Assembly: GCA_051530055.1 (NCBI GenBank)
Contig: CM121341.1
Span: forward strand, 8,162,784 to 8,226,783
Source: Neoechinorhynchus agilis
Taxonomy: Eukaryota; Animalia; Acanthocephala
Direction of reading: 5' to 3'
Length of the DNA: 64,000 nt
The position numbers were made by a program, and so were the translations under genes. Position 1 is the stretch's first letter. Each line of letters begins with the position of its first letter. Positions 12,901-25,051 of the stretch are shown in pieces. The notes under the pieces were generated by a model, which was given only the letters and a program-made list of their open reading frames with translations, made no database searches and was not told the DNA's origin.

Positions 12901-15900
12901 ACTTCTCAAGAAATTCGGCTTTTTTCCCCGATTTGAAGAAACTCGGACTCATTACGAAACATTTCAAAATGTTTGACAGTTGAAAAAGCTGCGATTGTTT
13001 TTGTTGGGCACCGGCACGCGTCCTTATCAGAATGAGAATAATTTCTCGGATATTTGCACACCTCAAACGGCTTTTTCGGGAATTTTGTGTAAGTTTCTCG
13101 AGAAATTCGGCCATTTCCCCCATTTGAACAAACTCGGAGTCATTACGCGACATTTCCACCAGTTTTGAAGCTGAAAAAGCTGTGATTGATGTCGTGTACA
13201 AGACTGGGCTACGGCGAACATCCTCAAATGCGTAACGAAGATAATTTCTAAGATATTTGAACATCTAAAAAACGCTTTTTGGAATTTTGCGTAAACTTCT
13301 CAAGAAATTCGGCTTTTTTGATTTGAAGAAACTCGGACTCATTACGAAACATTTCAAAATGTTTGATAGTTGAAAAAGCTGCGATTGTTTTTGTTGGGCA
13401 CCGGCACGCGTCCTTATCAGAATGAGAATAATTTCTCGGATATTTGCACACCTCAAACGGCTTTTTCGGGAATTTTGTGTAAGTTTCTCGAGAAATTCGG
13501 CCATTTCCCCCATTTGAAGAAACTCGGAGTCATTACGAGACATTTCCACCAGTTTTGAAGCTGAAAAAGCTGCGATTGTTGTCGTGTACAAGACTGGGCT
13601 ACGGCGAACATCCTCAAATGCGTAACGAAGATAATTTCTAAGATATTTGATCATCTAAAAACCGCTTTTTGGAATTTTGCGTAAACTTCTCAAAAATTCG
13701 GCTCTTTTTCCCCGATTTGAAGAAACTCGGACTCATTACGAAACATTTCAAAATGTTTGATAGTTGAAAAAGCTGCGATTGTTTTTGTTGGGCACCGGAA
13801 CGCGTCCTTATCAGAATGAGAATAATTTCTCGGATATTTGCACACCTCAAACGGCTTTTTCGGGAATTTTGTGTAAGTTTCTCGAGAAATTCGGCCATTT
13901 CCCCCATTTGAAGAAACTCGGAGTCATTACGAGACATTTCCACCAGTTTTGAAGCTGAAAAAGCTGTGATTGATGTCGTGTACAAGACTGGGCTACGGCG
14001 AACATCCTCAAATGCGTAACGAAGATAATTTCTAAGATATTTGAACATCTAAAAAACCGCTTTTTGGAATTTTGCGTAAACTTCTCAAGAAATTCGGCTC
14101 TTTTTCCCGGATTTGAAGAAACTCGGACTCATTACGAAACATTTCAAAATGTTTGACAGTTGAAAAAGCTGCGATTGTTTTTGGGCAACGGCACGCGCCC
14201 TCATGAGCATAAAACGGAGACAATTTCTAAGATATTTGAACACCTAAGAAAAAACGAGTTTCTCGAGAATTTTGCGTAAGCTTATAGAAAAATTCGACTC
14301 TTTTTCGCCGATTTGAAGAAACTCGGGCCCATTACGCGACATTTCGACCAGTTTTAGAGCTGAAAAAGCTGCGATTGTTGTTTCTGGGCACCGGCACGCG
14401 TTCTCATGAGAACGAAAATAATTTCTAAGATATTTGAACACCTCAGAAAAAACGGCTATTTCGGGAATTTTGCGTAAGTCTCTCAAGAAATTCGGCTCTT
14501 TTCCCCCGATTTTAAGAAACTTCGTATCATTACGTGACATTTCGACCAGGTTTAAAGCTGAAAAAGCTGCGATTGTTGTCTTTAAGCACCGGCACGCGCC
14601 CTCATGAGCTTAAAACTGAGATAATTTCCAAGATATTTGAACACCTATGAAAAAACGGCCTTTTCGGGAATTTTGCGTGTTTCTCAAGAAATTCGGCGAT
14701 TTTTCCCGGATTTTAAGAAACTTGGACTAATTACGCGACATTTCGAACAGTTTTAAAGCTGAGAAAGCTGCGATTGTTGTAATTGGGCACCGGCACGCAT
14801 TCTCACGAGAACGAAAATTATTTCTCGGATATTTGAATACCTCAGAAAAAGCGGCTTTTTCGGGAATTTTGTGTGAGTTTCTCAGGAAATTCGGCGATTT
14901 TTTCCCAATTTTAAGAAACTTGGAGTCATTACGCGATATTTCCACCAGTTTTGAAGCTGAAAAATGCTGTGATTGTTGTTGGGCACCGGCACGCGTTCTC
15001 ATGAGAACGAAAATTATTTCTAAGATATTTGAATACCCCGGAAAAACCGCTTTTTCGGGTTTTTTGTGTAAGTTTCTCAAAAATTCGGCTCTTTTTCCCC
15101 GATTTGAAGAAACTCGGACTCATTACGCGACATTTCGACCAGTTTAAAGCTGAAAAGCTCCGATTGTTGTTGTTGGGCACCGGCACGCGTTCTCACGAGA
15201 ACGAAAATTATTTCTCGGATATTTGAACACCTCAGAAAAAGCGGCTTTTTCGGGTTTTTTGTGTAAGTTTCTCAAAAATTCGGCTATTTTTCCCCGATTT
15301 GAAGAAACTCGGACTCATTACGCGACATTTCGACCAGTTTAAGCTGAAAAAGCTCCGATTGTTGTTGGGCACCGGCACGCGTTCTCACGAGAACGAAAAT
15401 TATTTCTCGGATATTTGAACACCTCAGAAACGGCTTTTTCGGGTTTTTTGTGTAAGTTTCTCAAAAATTCGGCTCTTTTTCCCCGATTCGAAGAAACTCG
15501 GACTCATTACGCGACATTTCGACCAGTTTTAAAGCTCCGATTGTTGTTGGGCACCGGCACGCGTTCTCACGAGAACGAAAATTATTTCTCGGATATTTGA
15601 ACACCTCAGAAACGGCTTTTTCGGGTTTTTTGTGTAAGTTTCTCAAAAATTCGGCTCTTTTTCCCCGATTCGAAGAAACTCGGCTCATTACGCGACATTT
15701 CGACCAGTTTTAAAGCTCCGATTGCTGTTGGGCACCGGCACGCGTTCTCATGAGAACGAAAATTATTTCTAAGATATTTGAACACCCCGGAAAAACCGTT
15801 TTTTCGGGTTTTTTGTGTAAGTTTCTCAAAAATTCGGCTCTTTTCCCCGATTCGAAGAAACTCGGACTCATTACGCGACATTTCGACCAGTTTTAAAGCT

Positions 15901-17610
15901 CCGATTGCTGTTGGGCACCGGCACGCGTTCTTGAGAACGAAAATTATTTCTAAGATATTTGAACACCCCGGAAAAACGGCTTTTTCGGGTTTTTTGTGTA
16001 AGTTTCTCAAAAATTCGGCTCTTTTTCCCCGATTCGAAGAAACTCGGACTCATTACGCGACATTTCGACCAGTTTTAAAGCTCCGATTGCTGTTGGCACC
16101 GGCACGCGTTCTCATGAGAACGAAAATTATTTCTAAGATATTTGAACACCCCGGAAAAACCGTTTTTTCGGGTTTTTTGTGTAAGTTTCTCAAAAATTCG
16201 GCTCTTTTCCGATTCGAAGAAACTCGGACTCATTACGCGACATTTCGACCAGTTTTAAAGCTCCGATTGCTGTTGGGCACCGGCACGCGTTCTCATGAGA
16301 ACGAAAATTATTTCTAAGATATTTGAACACCCCGGAAAAACCGTTTTTCGGGTTTTTTGTGTAAGTTTCTCAAAAATTCGGCTCTTTTTCCCCGATTCGA
16401 AGAAACTCGGACTCATTACGCGACATTTCGACCAGTTTTAAAGCTCCGATTTTGTTGGGCACCGGCACGCGTTTTTCTTGAGAACGAAAATTATTTCTAA
16501 GATATTTGAACACCTCAGAAACGGCTTTTTCGGGTTTTTTGTGTAAGTTTCTCAAAAATTCGGCTCTTTTTCCCCGATTCGAAGAAACTCGGACTCATTA
16601 CGCGACATTTCGACCAGTTTTAAAGCTCCGATTGCTGTTGGGCACCGGCACGCGTTCTCATGAGAACGAAAATTATTTCTAAGATATTTGAACACCCCGG
16701 AAAAACCGTTTTTTGTGTAAGTTTCTCAAAAATTCGGCTCTTTTTCCCCGATTCGAAGAAACTCGGACTCATTACGCGACATTTCGACCAGTTTTAAAGC
16801 TCCGATTGTTGTTGGGCACCGGCACGCGTTCTCATGAGAACGAAAATTATTTCTAAGATATTTGAACACCCCGGAAAAACCGTTTTTTCGGGTTTTTTGT
16901 GTAAGTTTCTCAAAAATTCGGCTCTTTTTCCCCGATTCGAAGAAACTCGGACTCATTACGCGACATTTCGACCAGTTTTAAAGCTCCGATTGCTGTTGGG
17001 CACCGGCACGCGTTCTTCTTGAGAACGAAAATTATTTCTAAGATATTTGAACACCCCGGAAAAACCGTTTTTTCGGGTTTTTTGTGTAAGTTTCTCAAAA
17101 ATTCGGCTCTTTTTCCCCGATTCGAAGAAACTCGGACTCATTACGCGACATTTCGACCAGTTTTAAAGCTCCGATTCTTATTGTTGGGCACCGGCACGCG
17201 TTCTTCTTGAGAACGAAAATTATTTCTAAGATATTTGAACACCCCGGAAAAACCGTTTTTTCGGGTTTTTTGTGTAAGTTTCTCAAAAATTCGGCTCTTT
17301 TTCCCCGATTCGAAGAAACTCGGACTCATTACGCGACATTTCGACCAGTTTTAAAGCTCCGATTGCTGTTGGGCACCGGCACGCGTTCTCATGAGAACGA
17401 AAATTATTTCTAAGATATTTGAACACCCCAGAAACCGTTTTTTCGGGTTTTTTGTGTAAGTTTCTCAAAAATTCGGTTTTCCCCGATTCGAAGAAACTCG
17501 GACTCATTACGCGACATTTCGACCAGTTTTAAAGCTCCGATTGCAGTTGGGCACCGGCACGCGTTCCCATGAGAACGTTCGGGTATTTGAACACCTCAGA
17601 AAAACGGATG
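9950..17610. repeat. Satellite array: ~393 bp dimeric higher-order repeat (~9950-14230), diverged ~195-200 bp monomers (~14230-15350), homogenised ~187 bp monomers (~15350-17610)
   Basis: Near-identical spurious ORFs recur at 390-395 bp spacing (10510, 10901, 11295 ... 14048). Both halves of the 393 bp unit share GAAGAAACTCGGA(C/G)TCATTACG with the 187 bp unit. Confidence 0.96.
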
Positions 17611-17740
17611 AATTTCGCGTAAGTTCTTTGTGTGATTCTTCTAGATCAAAGTTAAGAAGAAGCTTCGTCCATTGCTTCTTACACACGCAAACGCGTACTC
17701 ATCAACAAAAACACGCACACACACAGGATTAATCGATATT

Positions 17741-20700
17741 ATGAGTATTATGAACGGATCAGCGATTGTTGAGGCGAAATCTGTGCTAATTCCCGCTGAG
17801 CGCATACTCGACGCTGACGAACAGAAGCAATTGTTACAACTCAGTGGAATTGAACGTCAGCATAGTGTTCAAATAGAACGTCATCAGGACGAGGCTGGTA
17901 ATCTCGCTCTTAAGATACACTCACCTTCTCAGTTGAACATTCAACGGGCGACTACGGCTGTACTGTTCAATCTCACAATGCCAGAACGGATTCCAATCCC
18001 AGTTCAAATCCCACGTCAATCCATTGGTGAACTGAACAAGCGGATGGCACCCATTGAACACAAATACTCGTGCCATATTCTAGCAATCACGGAACCGAGG
18101 AAACGACCCGAGATTGTTGTTCGATTTACCCATCCGAACAGTCAACAGAATGTTGTGGCCGAAATCAATGAAATTCTAAGACAGGAAGCTAATTTCAGCA
18201 TTGTGAAAATCCGGATTCCAGCTCTTTACCATCCATGGATTAAAGGAGGTTTTGGAAAGAAACTTAAACATGTAACTGATACTGTTGGTTATGGAGTTCG
18301 TGAGATCGTTTTTACTTACAATGAGATTATCCTCCGAGGTGAATCTGAAGCCTGTGAGGCTGCTAAAGAAATGATTGAACGTATTTATCAAAAATATGCC
18401 GTCCTCGAGAAGTCCACAATGACGGTTGATTTTAGCCGTAACATCCAAGCCGCCATTCGTGCGAACAACTCATTTGTGTGGAATAAGATTCTTGAACAAA
18501 CGGATGTTGTGATTGAGATGCCATCTCCGAATGCAAGGACATTCCGATGCGACTTATGTGCTTTTGAGAACTATAGACTCACTGAAGCACTCACGATGAT
18601 TCAACGAGAATGTAATACGACCATTGAGGACAAAGTGGATGTTCCTTTGGAGTACATGGAATACCTGAAAGCTCGAACTCAATCACCTAATTCAGGAATT
18701 CGGTCGAATTCCGTGAGTCTTCAATGGGATTCAGAGTTCGTTAAAATCAAAGGAAACCGATCGGACGTATCTGGAACAGTTTCAGCCATCCAGAATCTAT
18801 TGACATCTTTACGGAATACTTATATGGACTATAAGATACGAGAAATGGACGAAGCATGTGGAATTGCTGCCGTCGGATATCACAATGAACACGCCGATCG
18901 GTATATGCGCCTCAAAAACGTTCTCGTTACTTACGATAAAGACGAGCAAGAAGTTAAAGTTCAAGGTCCTCGGACTAATGTCGATGTGGTACTTAACGAT
19001 CTACAACCACGATTAGAAAGAGTGAAAAATGAAGTGGTTGAAAAGTTAAAGATTAATTGGACATTTCATCGGATACTCATAGGGCCACATGGATCCGTCA
19101 TTAATGGTTTGAGACGTGAGTTCCGTGTAGAAATTAAGGTACCTGATATTAGGGATAGACGAAGTGAAGACGTTACGATTAGAGGCGATAAAGTACAAGT
19201 TGAACAATGTATAAAACGAATCAATCAAATCATAGATGAAGTAAACAAAGAAGATTTCGAAACAATTATCCACGTTAAAAAGGATCTACATCGGATTATT
19301 ATAGGCCGAAATGGGTCTACCATATCGGATTTGAGACGAAAACACAACAATGTCGGAATCGATGTGCCGTCTGTTGATTCCGTTTCTACTGAAATACGTA
19401 TAAGCGGAATGGAGGCTGATGTGTTGGACGCTAAAAAATCTATAGAGACTCTGATTGAGTCGGTCAAAGAGGTTGAAGTTCCGATTCCTCCTCTACTAAT
19501 GGACGATTTTCTTTTTAATAAGCGTCTAAGACCCGAATATTTGTCAACTTGTCCTGAAACTGTAAGAGTTACTGTAACGGACTCGAATTCCTTTCGTCTA
19601 ATTGGACCATCTGATGATGTGAACCGGTTTAAGGAATTTTTGTTAAGTAAGGCAGATAGTTCAGAAGCTCATGAGGCAAGGGAAATGCGAATCAGTGGAC
19701 GAATGGTTCAATATATGCTTTCATATGATGACACTTACGTCTTTGATAAAGTACGGAGGCAATTGAACACTCGTGTAGACTATAAAAGTCATAATGATCG
19801 AATCATTCTTTATGGAGCTGATGAAGATGCGGATGCAGCAGTTGCTGAGATTAAGAAGGTCGTTGATGGAATGGGTGTTTTGGTTGAAAAGGAAGTGGAT
19901 GTATCAGAAATAAAAGAAGCGTCAAGTTTCGCTCGCCTTTTTGGAATGCGACGATATTTGCTTACTTTGGGTGGTCAATTCGGTGTTCTCATAGATCCAC
20001 TGATTTCCGACGGAGAACACATTGAGAAGATTTTTGTCTGTGGTAAGGAAAGTGACGTTAAAGAAGCTTTGGTTAAGGTCAATGAGATTGTCAGCGATTG
20101 GAAGGAAGCTGAAAAGTTCGAAGTTGATTTTCCTTTGGAACTTATACAGTCCATTAGATCAAACGCTAGACATTTTCTACGTCCTCTGGAAATTCGCTTA
20201 AATGTGTACGTCCTATTTCCTTCGGACGCAAATGAGCGTCTTACTGTAGTTGGACGGAAGGACAAATGCGACGAAGCTATCAATGATCTTAAAGATTCTG
20301 CAACGATAGAGAAGATAATTTCGATTCCATCGCGTTTCCATAGCCGGTTACTTGGCCGTCGTGGAGGTGAAGTGAACAGAATAAAGGAACAAAGTGGCAT
20401 TATAGAAATAAAGTTTCCGCCTAAAGATCAAGGTGACGATGTTATCCTTAAAGGAACAAAATCATCGATTGAAGAAGCTGAACGTATAATGGCTGAGGTG
20501 GTTGAACGGAAATCACCTGAACCGAAAGGAGGTCGCACTGGTTCGCGATTCGAGCACCAAGCTGTGATAAACGTTCCAAAGGCGCAGCATCCGATAATAA
20601 TTGGTAGAGGAGGAAGGACAATCAACGATTTAAGACGAACGTATGACGTCGAGATCCGTGTTCCTCAACCAGAGGATGATGCATCAAATGAGACGGTTGT

Positions 20701-21169
20701 TATCCGAGGTTCAACGGTTGAACGTTGTGAAATGGTTGCAGGAGAGATACAGCGTATGCTTAATGGTGAATCGGATAGACCACGGAGATCTTCACCCTTC
20801 AATGCTGCGCTAAGCGTTGGCGCTCCATTCTCCAAACAAGTGATCATATCGACTAGAGCTATTCCTTTATTGATCGGCACTCGAGGTCGCGCAATCAATG
20901 CATTTAGAAAAGAACATAATGTGAATGTGAAGTTTAACGCATTCGACGAACATCCTGATGTTGTTGTAGTGAGCGGGGCGACCGAGAGTGCCATCGATGA
21001 GGCCATTGATGAACTGTGCCGTTTAGCTGAACGAGCCGTGGCTAATTTGCCCGATAATGCGTCGTCCTCTTCACCTCCTTTCGCTGCTCCCAATTCGCAG
21101 CAGTCAAGGCAAACCAGAGCGCCTGACTTTGATGACCTAAACGAGTTTCCAGCTTTTCAGGGGAATTGA
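17741..21169 (+). CDS. HDLBP: Vigilin/HDLBP-like multi-KH RNA-binding protein, paralog B (likely start MSIMNGS at 17741)
   Basis: KH motifs HPWIKGG, HRILIGPHG, HRIIIGRNG, HSRLLGRRG, HPIIIGRGG and IPLLIGTRG. The C-terminal APDFDDLNEFPAF resembles the vigilin tail APDxxSxEEFPSF. The track start at 17672 is a TTG. Confidence 0.92.
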   Translation: MSIMNGSAIVEAKSVLIPAERILDADEQKQLLQLSGIERQHSVQIERHQDEAGNLALKIHSPSQLNIQRATTAVLFNLTMPERIPIPVQIPRQSIGELNKRMAPIEHKYSCHILAITEPRKRPEIVVRFTHPNSQQNVVAEINEILRQEANFSIVKIRIPALYHPWIKGGFGKKLKHVTDTVGYGVREIVFTYNEIILRGESEACEAAKEMIERIYQKYAVLEKSTMTVDFSRNIQAAIRANNSFVWNKILEQTDVVIEMPSPNARTFRCDLCAFENYRLTEALTMIQRECNTTIEDKVDVPLEYMEYLKARTQSPNSGIRSNSVSLQWDSEFVKIKGNRSDVSGTVSAIQNLLTSLRNTYMDYKIREMDEACGIAAVGYHNEHADRYMRLKNVLVTYDKDEQEVKVQGPRTNVDVVLNDLQPRLERVKNEVVEKLKINWTFHRILIGPHGSVINGLRREFRVEIKVPDIRDRRSEDVTIRGDKVQVEQCIKRINQIIDEVNKEDFETIIHVKKDLHRIIIGRNGSTISDLRRKHNNVGIDVPSVDSVSTEIRISGMEADVLDAKKSIETLIESVKEVEVPIPPLLMDDFLFNKRLRPEYLSTCPETVRVTVTDSNSFRLIGPSDDVNRFKEFLLSKADSSEAHEAREMRISGRMVQYMLSYDDTYVFDKVRRQLNTRVDYKSHNDRIILYGADEDADAAVAEIKKVVDGMGVLVEKEVDVSEIKEASSFARLFGMRRYLLTLGGQFGVLIDPLISDGEHIEKIFVCGKESDVKEALVKVNEIVSDWKEAEKFEVDFPLELIQSIRSNARHFLRPLEIRLNVYVLFPSDANERLTVVGRKDKCDEAINDLKDSATIEKIISIPSRFHSRLLGRRGGEVNRIKEQSGIIEIKFPPKDQGDDVILKGTKSSIEEAERIMAEVVERKSPEPKGGRTGSRFEHQAVINVPKAQHPIIIGRGGRTINDLRRTYDVEIRVPQPEDDASNETVVIRGSTVERCEMVAGEIQRMLNGESDRPRRSSPFNAALSVGAPFSKQVIISTRAIPLLIGTRGRAINAFRKEHNVNVKFNAFDEHPDVVVVSGATESAIDEAIDELCRLAERAVANLPDNASSSSPPFAAPNSQQSRQTRAPDFDDLNEFPAFQGN

Positions 21170-21367
21170 GGAGATTGGTGTTACTGATATGAAACATCAC
21201 TAAAATCGGAGGAGAGTAGATAGTGATTGTATTTGAACAAGTCGCATGGCACACTCGTCTTGTTTCCACCATTTCGCTCAAATGTATTTGACTTATCGTA
21301 ATAAATCGTTAGAGCGATTCTTTTTCCCATAGAGTGCTTTTCACTTCTTATTTTTAAAAGTATATCC

Positions 21368-24300
21368 AGTGGCGTTTCTCTAAATCTTAGTTTTGATATC
21401 TTGTGTTTCTGCAATTAAATCGACTTGATTTTCGCGTCAAAATCGTGCAAATTTATACTCAAAAAAAGAAGTTCTAGTGAATAAGAAGACTTATCAATAA
21501 AATGTTAAAGAAACGATTTTTATACGTACAACAAACAATCAGTTTACTCAGAAAGTCTTTTCACGTGATTTAAAAAAATTGAGAGGCGTTTCTCAAGATC
21601 TTCCTTAATTTCTTGTGTTTCTGCAGTTAAATCGACTTGATTTTCGCGTCAAAACAAAATCGAACAAAGTTCAATCTATACTCAAAAAAAGTTCTAGTGA
21701 ATTAGAAGACTTATCAATAAAATGTTGAAGAAACGATTTTTATACGTACAACAAACAATCAGTTTACTCAGAAAGTTTTTCACGTGATTTAAAAAAATTG
21801 AGGGCGTTTCTCAAATTTCCTTAATTCTGTGTTTCTGCATTAAATCGACTTGATTTTCGCGTCAAAACAAAATCGACAAAGTTCAAATCTATACTCAAAA
21901 AAAGTTCTAGTGAATTAGAAGACTTCTCATCAATAAAATGTTGAAGAAACGATTTTTATACGTACAAAAACAATCAGTTTACTCAGAAAGTTTTTTCACT
22001 GATTAAAAAATTGAGTGCGTTTCTCAAATCTTTTATTCTTGTGTTTCTGCAATTAAATCGATTGATTTTCGCGTCAAAACAAAATCGCAAAGTTCAAATC
22101 TATACTCAAAAAAAGAAGTTCTAGTGAATTAGAAGACTTTCATCAATAAAATGTTGAAGAAACGATTTTTATACGTACAACAAACAATCAGTTTACTCAG
22201 AAAGTTTTTCACGTGATTAAAAAATTGAGTGGTTCTCAAAATTCTTAATTTCTTGTGTTTCTGCAATTAAATCGATTGATTTTCGCGTCAAAACAAAATC
22301 GCAAAGTTCAAATCTATACTCAAAAAAAGAAGTTCTAGTGAATTAGAAGACTTCTCATCAATAAAATGTTGAAGAAACGATTTTTATACGTACAACAAAC
22401 AATCAGTTTACTCAGAAAGTTTTTCACGATTTAAAAATTGAGTCGCGTTTCTCAAATTTTAATTTCTTGTGTTTCTGCAATTAAATCGACTTGATTTTCG
22501 CGTCAAAACAAAATCGACAAAGTTCAAATCTATACTCAAAAAAAGAAGTTCTAGTGAATTAGAAGACTTCTCATCAATAAAATGTTGAAGAAACGATTTT
22601 TATACGTACAACAAACAATCAGTTTACTCAGAAAGTTTTTTCACGTGATTTAAAAAAATTGAGTCGCGTTTCTCAAAATCTTCCTTAATTTCTTGTGTTT
22701 CTGCAATTAAATCGACTTGATTTTCGCGTCAAAACAAAATCGACAAAGTTCAAATCTATACTCAAAAAAAGAAGTTCTAGTGAATTAGAAGACTTCTCAT
22801 CAATAAAATGTTGAAGAAACGATTTTTATACGTACAAGAAACAATCAGTTTACTCAGAAAGTTTTTTCACGTGATTTAAAAAAATTGAGTCGCGTTTCTC
22901 AAAATCTTCCTTAATTTCTTGTGTTTCTGCAATTAAATCGATTTGATTTTCGCGTCAAAACAAAATCGTGCAAAGTTCAAATCTATACTCAAAAAAAGAA
23001 GTTCTAGTGAATTAGAAGACTTCTCATCAATAAAATGTTGAAGAAACGATTTTTATACGTACAAGAAACAATCAGTTTACTCAGAAAGTTTTTTCACGTG
23101 ATTAAAAAATTGAGCGTTTCTCAAAATCTTTTATTCTTGTGTTTCTGCAATTAAATCGATTGATTTTCGCGTCAAAATCGTCAAATTATACTCAAAAAAG
23201 AAGTTCTAGTGAATAGAAGACTTATCAATAAAATGTTAAAAACGATTTTAACACAACAACAACACCAAAAGTTTTTCACGTGATTTAAAAAAATTGAGAG
23301 GCGTTTCTCAAAATCTTCCTTAATTTCTTGTGTTTCTGCAGTTAAATCGACTTGATTTTCGCGTCAAAACAAAATCGAACAAAGTTCAAATCTATACTCA
23401 AAAAAAGAAGTTCTAGTGAATTAGAAGACTTCTCATCAATAAAATGTTGAAGAAACGATTTTTATACGTACAACAAACAATCAGTTTACTCAGAAAGTTT
23501 TTTCACGTGATTTAAAAAATTGAGTGGCGTTTCTCAAAATGTTCCTTAATTTCTTGTGTTTCTGCAATTAAATCGACTTGATTTTCGCGTCAAAACAAAA
23601 TCGAACAAAGTTCAAATCTATACTCAAAAAAAGAAGTTCTAGTGAATTAGAAGACTTTCATCAATAAAATGTTGAAGAAACGATTTTTATACGTACAAGA
23701 AACAATCAGTTTACTCAGAAAGTTTTTTCACGTGATTAAAAAATTGAGTCGCGTTTCTCAAAATCTTCCTTAATTTCTTGTGTTTCTGCAATTAAATCGA
23801 TTTGATTTTCGCGTCAAAACAAAATCGTACAAAGTTCAAATCTATACTCAAAAAAAGAAGTTCTAGTGAATTAGAAGACTTCTCATCAATAAAATGTTGA
23901 AGAAACGATTTTTATACGTACAAGAAACAATCAGTTTACTCAGAAAGTTTTTTCACGTGATTTAAAAAATTGAGTCGCGTTTCTCAAAATCTTCCTTAAT
24001 TTCTTGTGTTTCTGCAATTAAATCGATTTGATTTTCGCGTCAAAACAAAATCGAACAAAGTTCAAATCTATACTCAAAAAAAGAAGTTCTAGTGAATTAG
24101 AAGACTTCTCATCAATAAAATGTTGAAGAAACGATTTTTATACGTACAACAAACAATCAGTTTACTCAGAAAGTTTTTTCACGTGATTAAAAATTGAGTG
24201 GCGTTTCTCAAAATCTTCCTTAATTTCTTGTGTTTCTGCAATTAAATCGACTTGATTTTCGCGTCAAAACAAAATCGTGCAAAGTTCAAATCTATACTCA

Positions 24301-25051
24301 AAAAGAAGTTCTAGTGAATTAGAAGACTTCTCATCAATAAAATGTTGAAGAAACGATTTTTATACACAACAAACAATCAGTTTACTCAGAAAGTTTTTTC
24401 ACGTGATTTAAAAAAATGCGTTTCTCAAAATCTTCCTTAATTTCTTGTGTTTCTAATTAAATCGATTTGATTTTCGCGTCAAAACAAAATCGTGTAAAGT
24501 TCAAATCTATACTCAAAAAAAGAAGTTCTAGTGAATTAGAAGACTTCTCATCAATAAAATGTTGAAGAAACGATTTTTATACGTACAACAAACAATCAGT
24601 TTACTCAGAAAGTTTTTTCACGTGATTTAAAAAAATTGAGTCGCGTTTCTCAAAATCTTCCTTAATTTCTTGTGTTTCTGCAATTAAATCGATTTGATTT
24701 TCGCGTCAAAACAAAATCGTGCAAAGTTCAAATCTATACTCAAAAAAAGAAGTTCTAGTGAATTAGAAGACTTCTCATCAATAAAATGTTGAAGAAACGA
24801 TTTTTATACGTACAAGAAACAATCAGTTTACTCAGAAAGTTTTTTCACGTGATTAAAAAATTGAGTGGCGTTTCTCAAAATCTTCCTTAATTTCTTGTGT
24901 TTCTGCAATTAAATCGATTTGATTTTCGCGTCAAAACAAAATCGTGCAAAGTTCAAATCTATACACAAAAAAAGAAGTTCTAGTGAATTAGAAGACTTCT
25001 CATCAATAAAATGTTGAAGAAACGATTTTTATACGTACAAGAAACAATCAG
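21368..25051. repeat. Tandem satellite, ~225 bp unit, ~16-17 copies, between the convergent vigilin B and UTP15 genes
   Basis: TGTGTTTCTGCAATTAAATCG recurs with 212-226 bp spacing (one gap ~191 bp). The last copy ends at the UTP15 stop codon. Confidence 0.96.

Noticed and set aside
10100-17507. Dozens of repeated 60-180 aa ORFs (MIKYLRNY..., MKKLRLF...)
   Set aside because: By-products of satellite periodicity: they occur on both strands, frameshift between copies and contain no domain.
21780-23280. Small indels in satellite copies (also ~55540-56000) as biological variants
   Set aside because: Scattered 1-2 bp losses resemble long-read consensus errors and cannot be separated from real decay without reads.
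1-25051. CRISPR-like arrays
   Set aside because: The units are fully repeated with no unique spacers, there are no cas genes and the context is eukaryotic.
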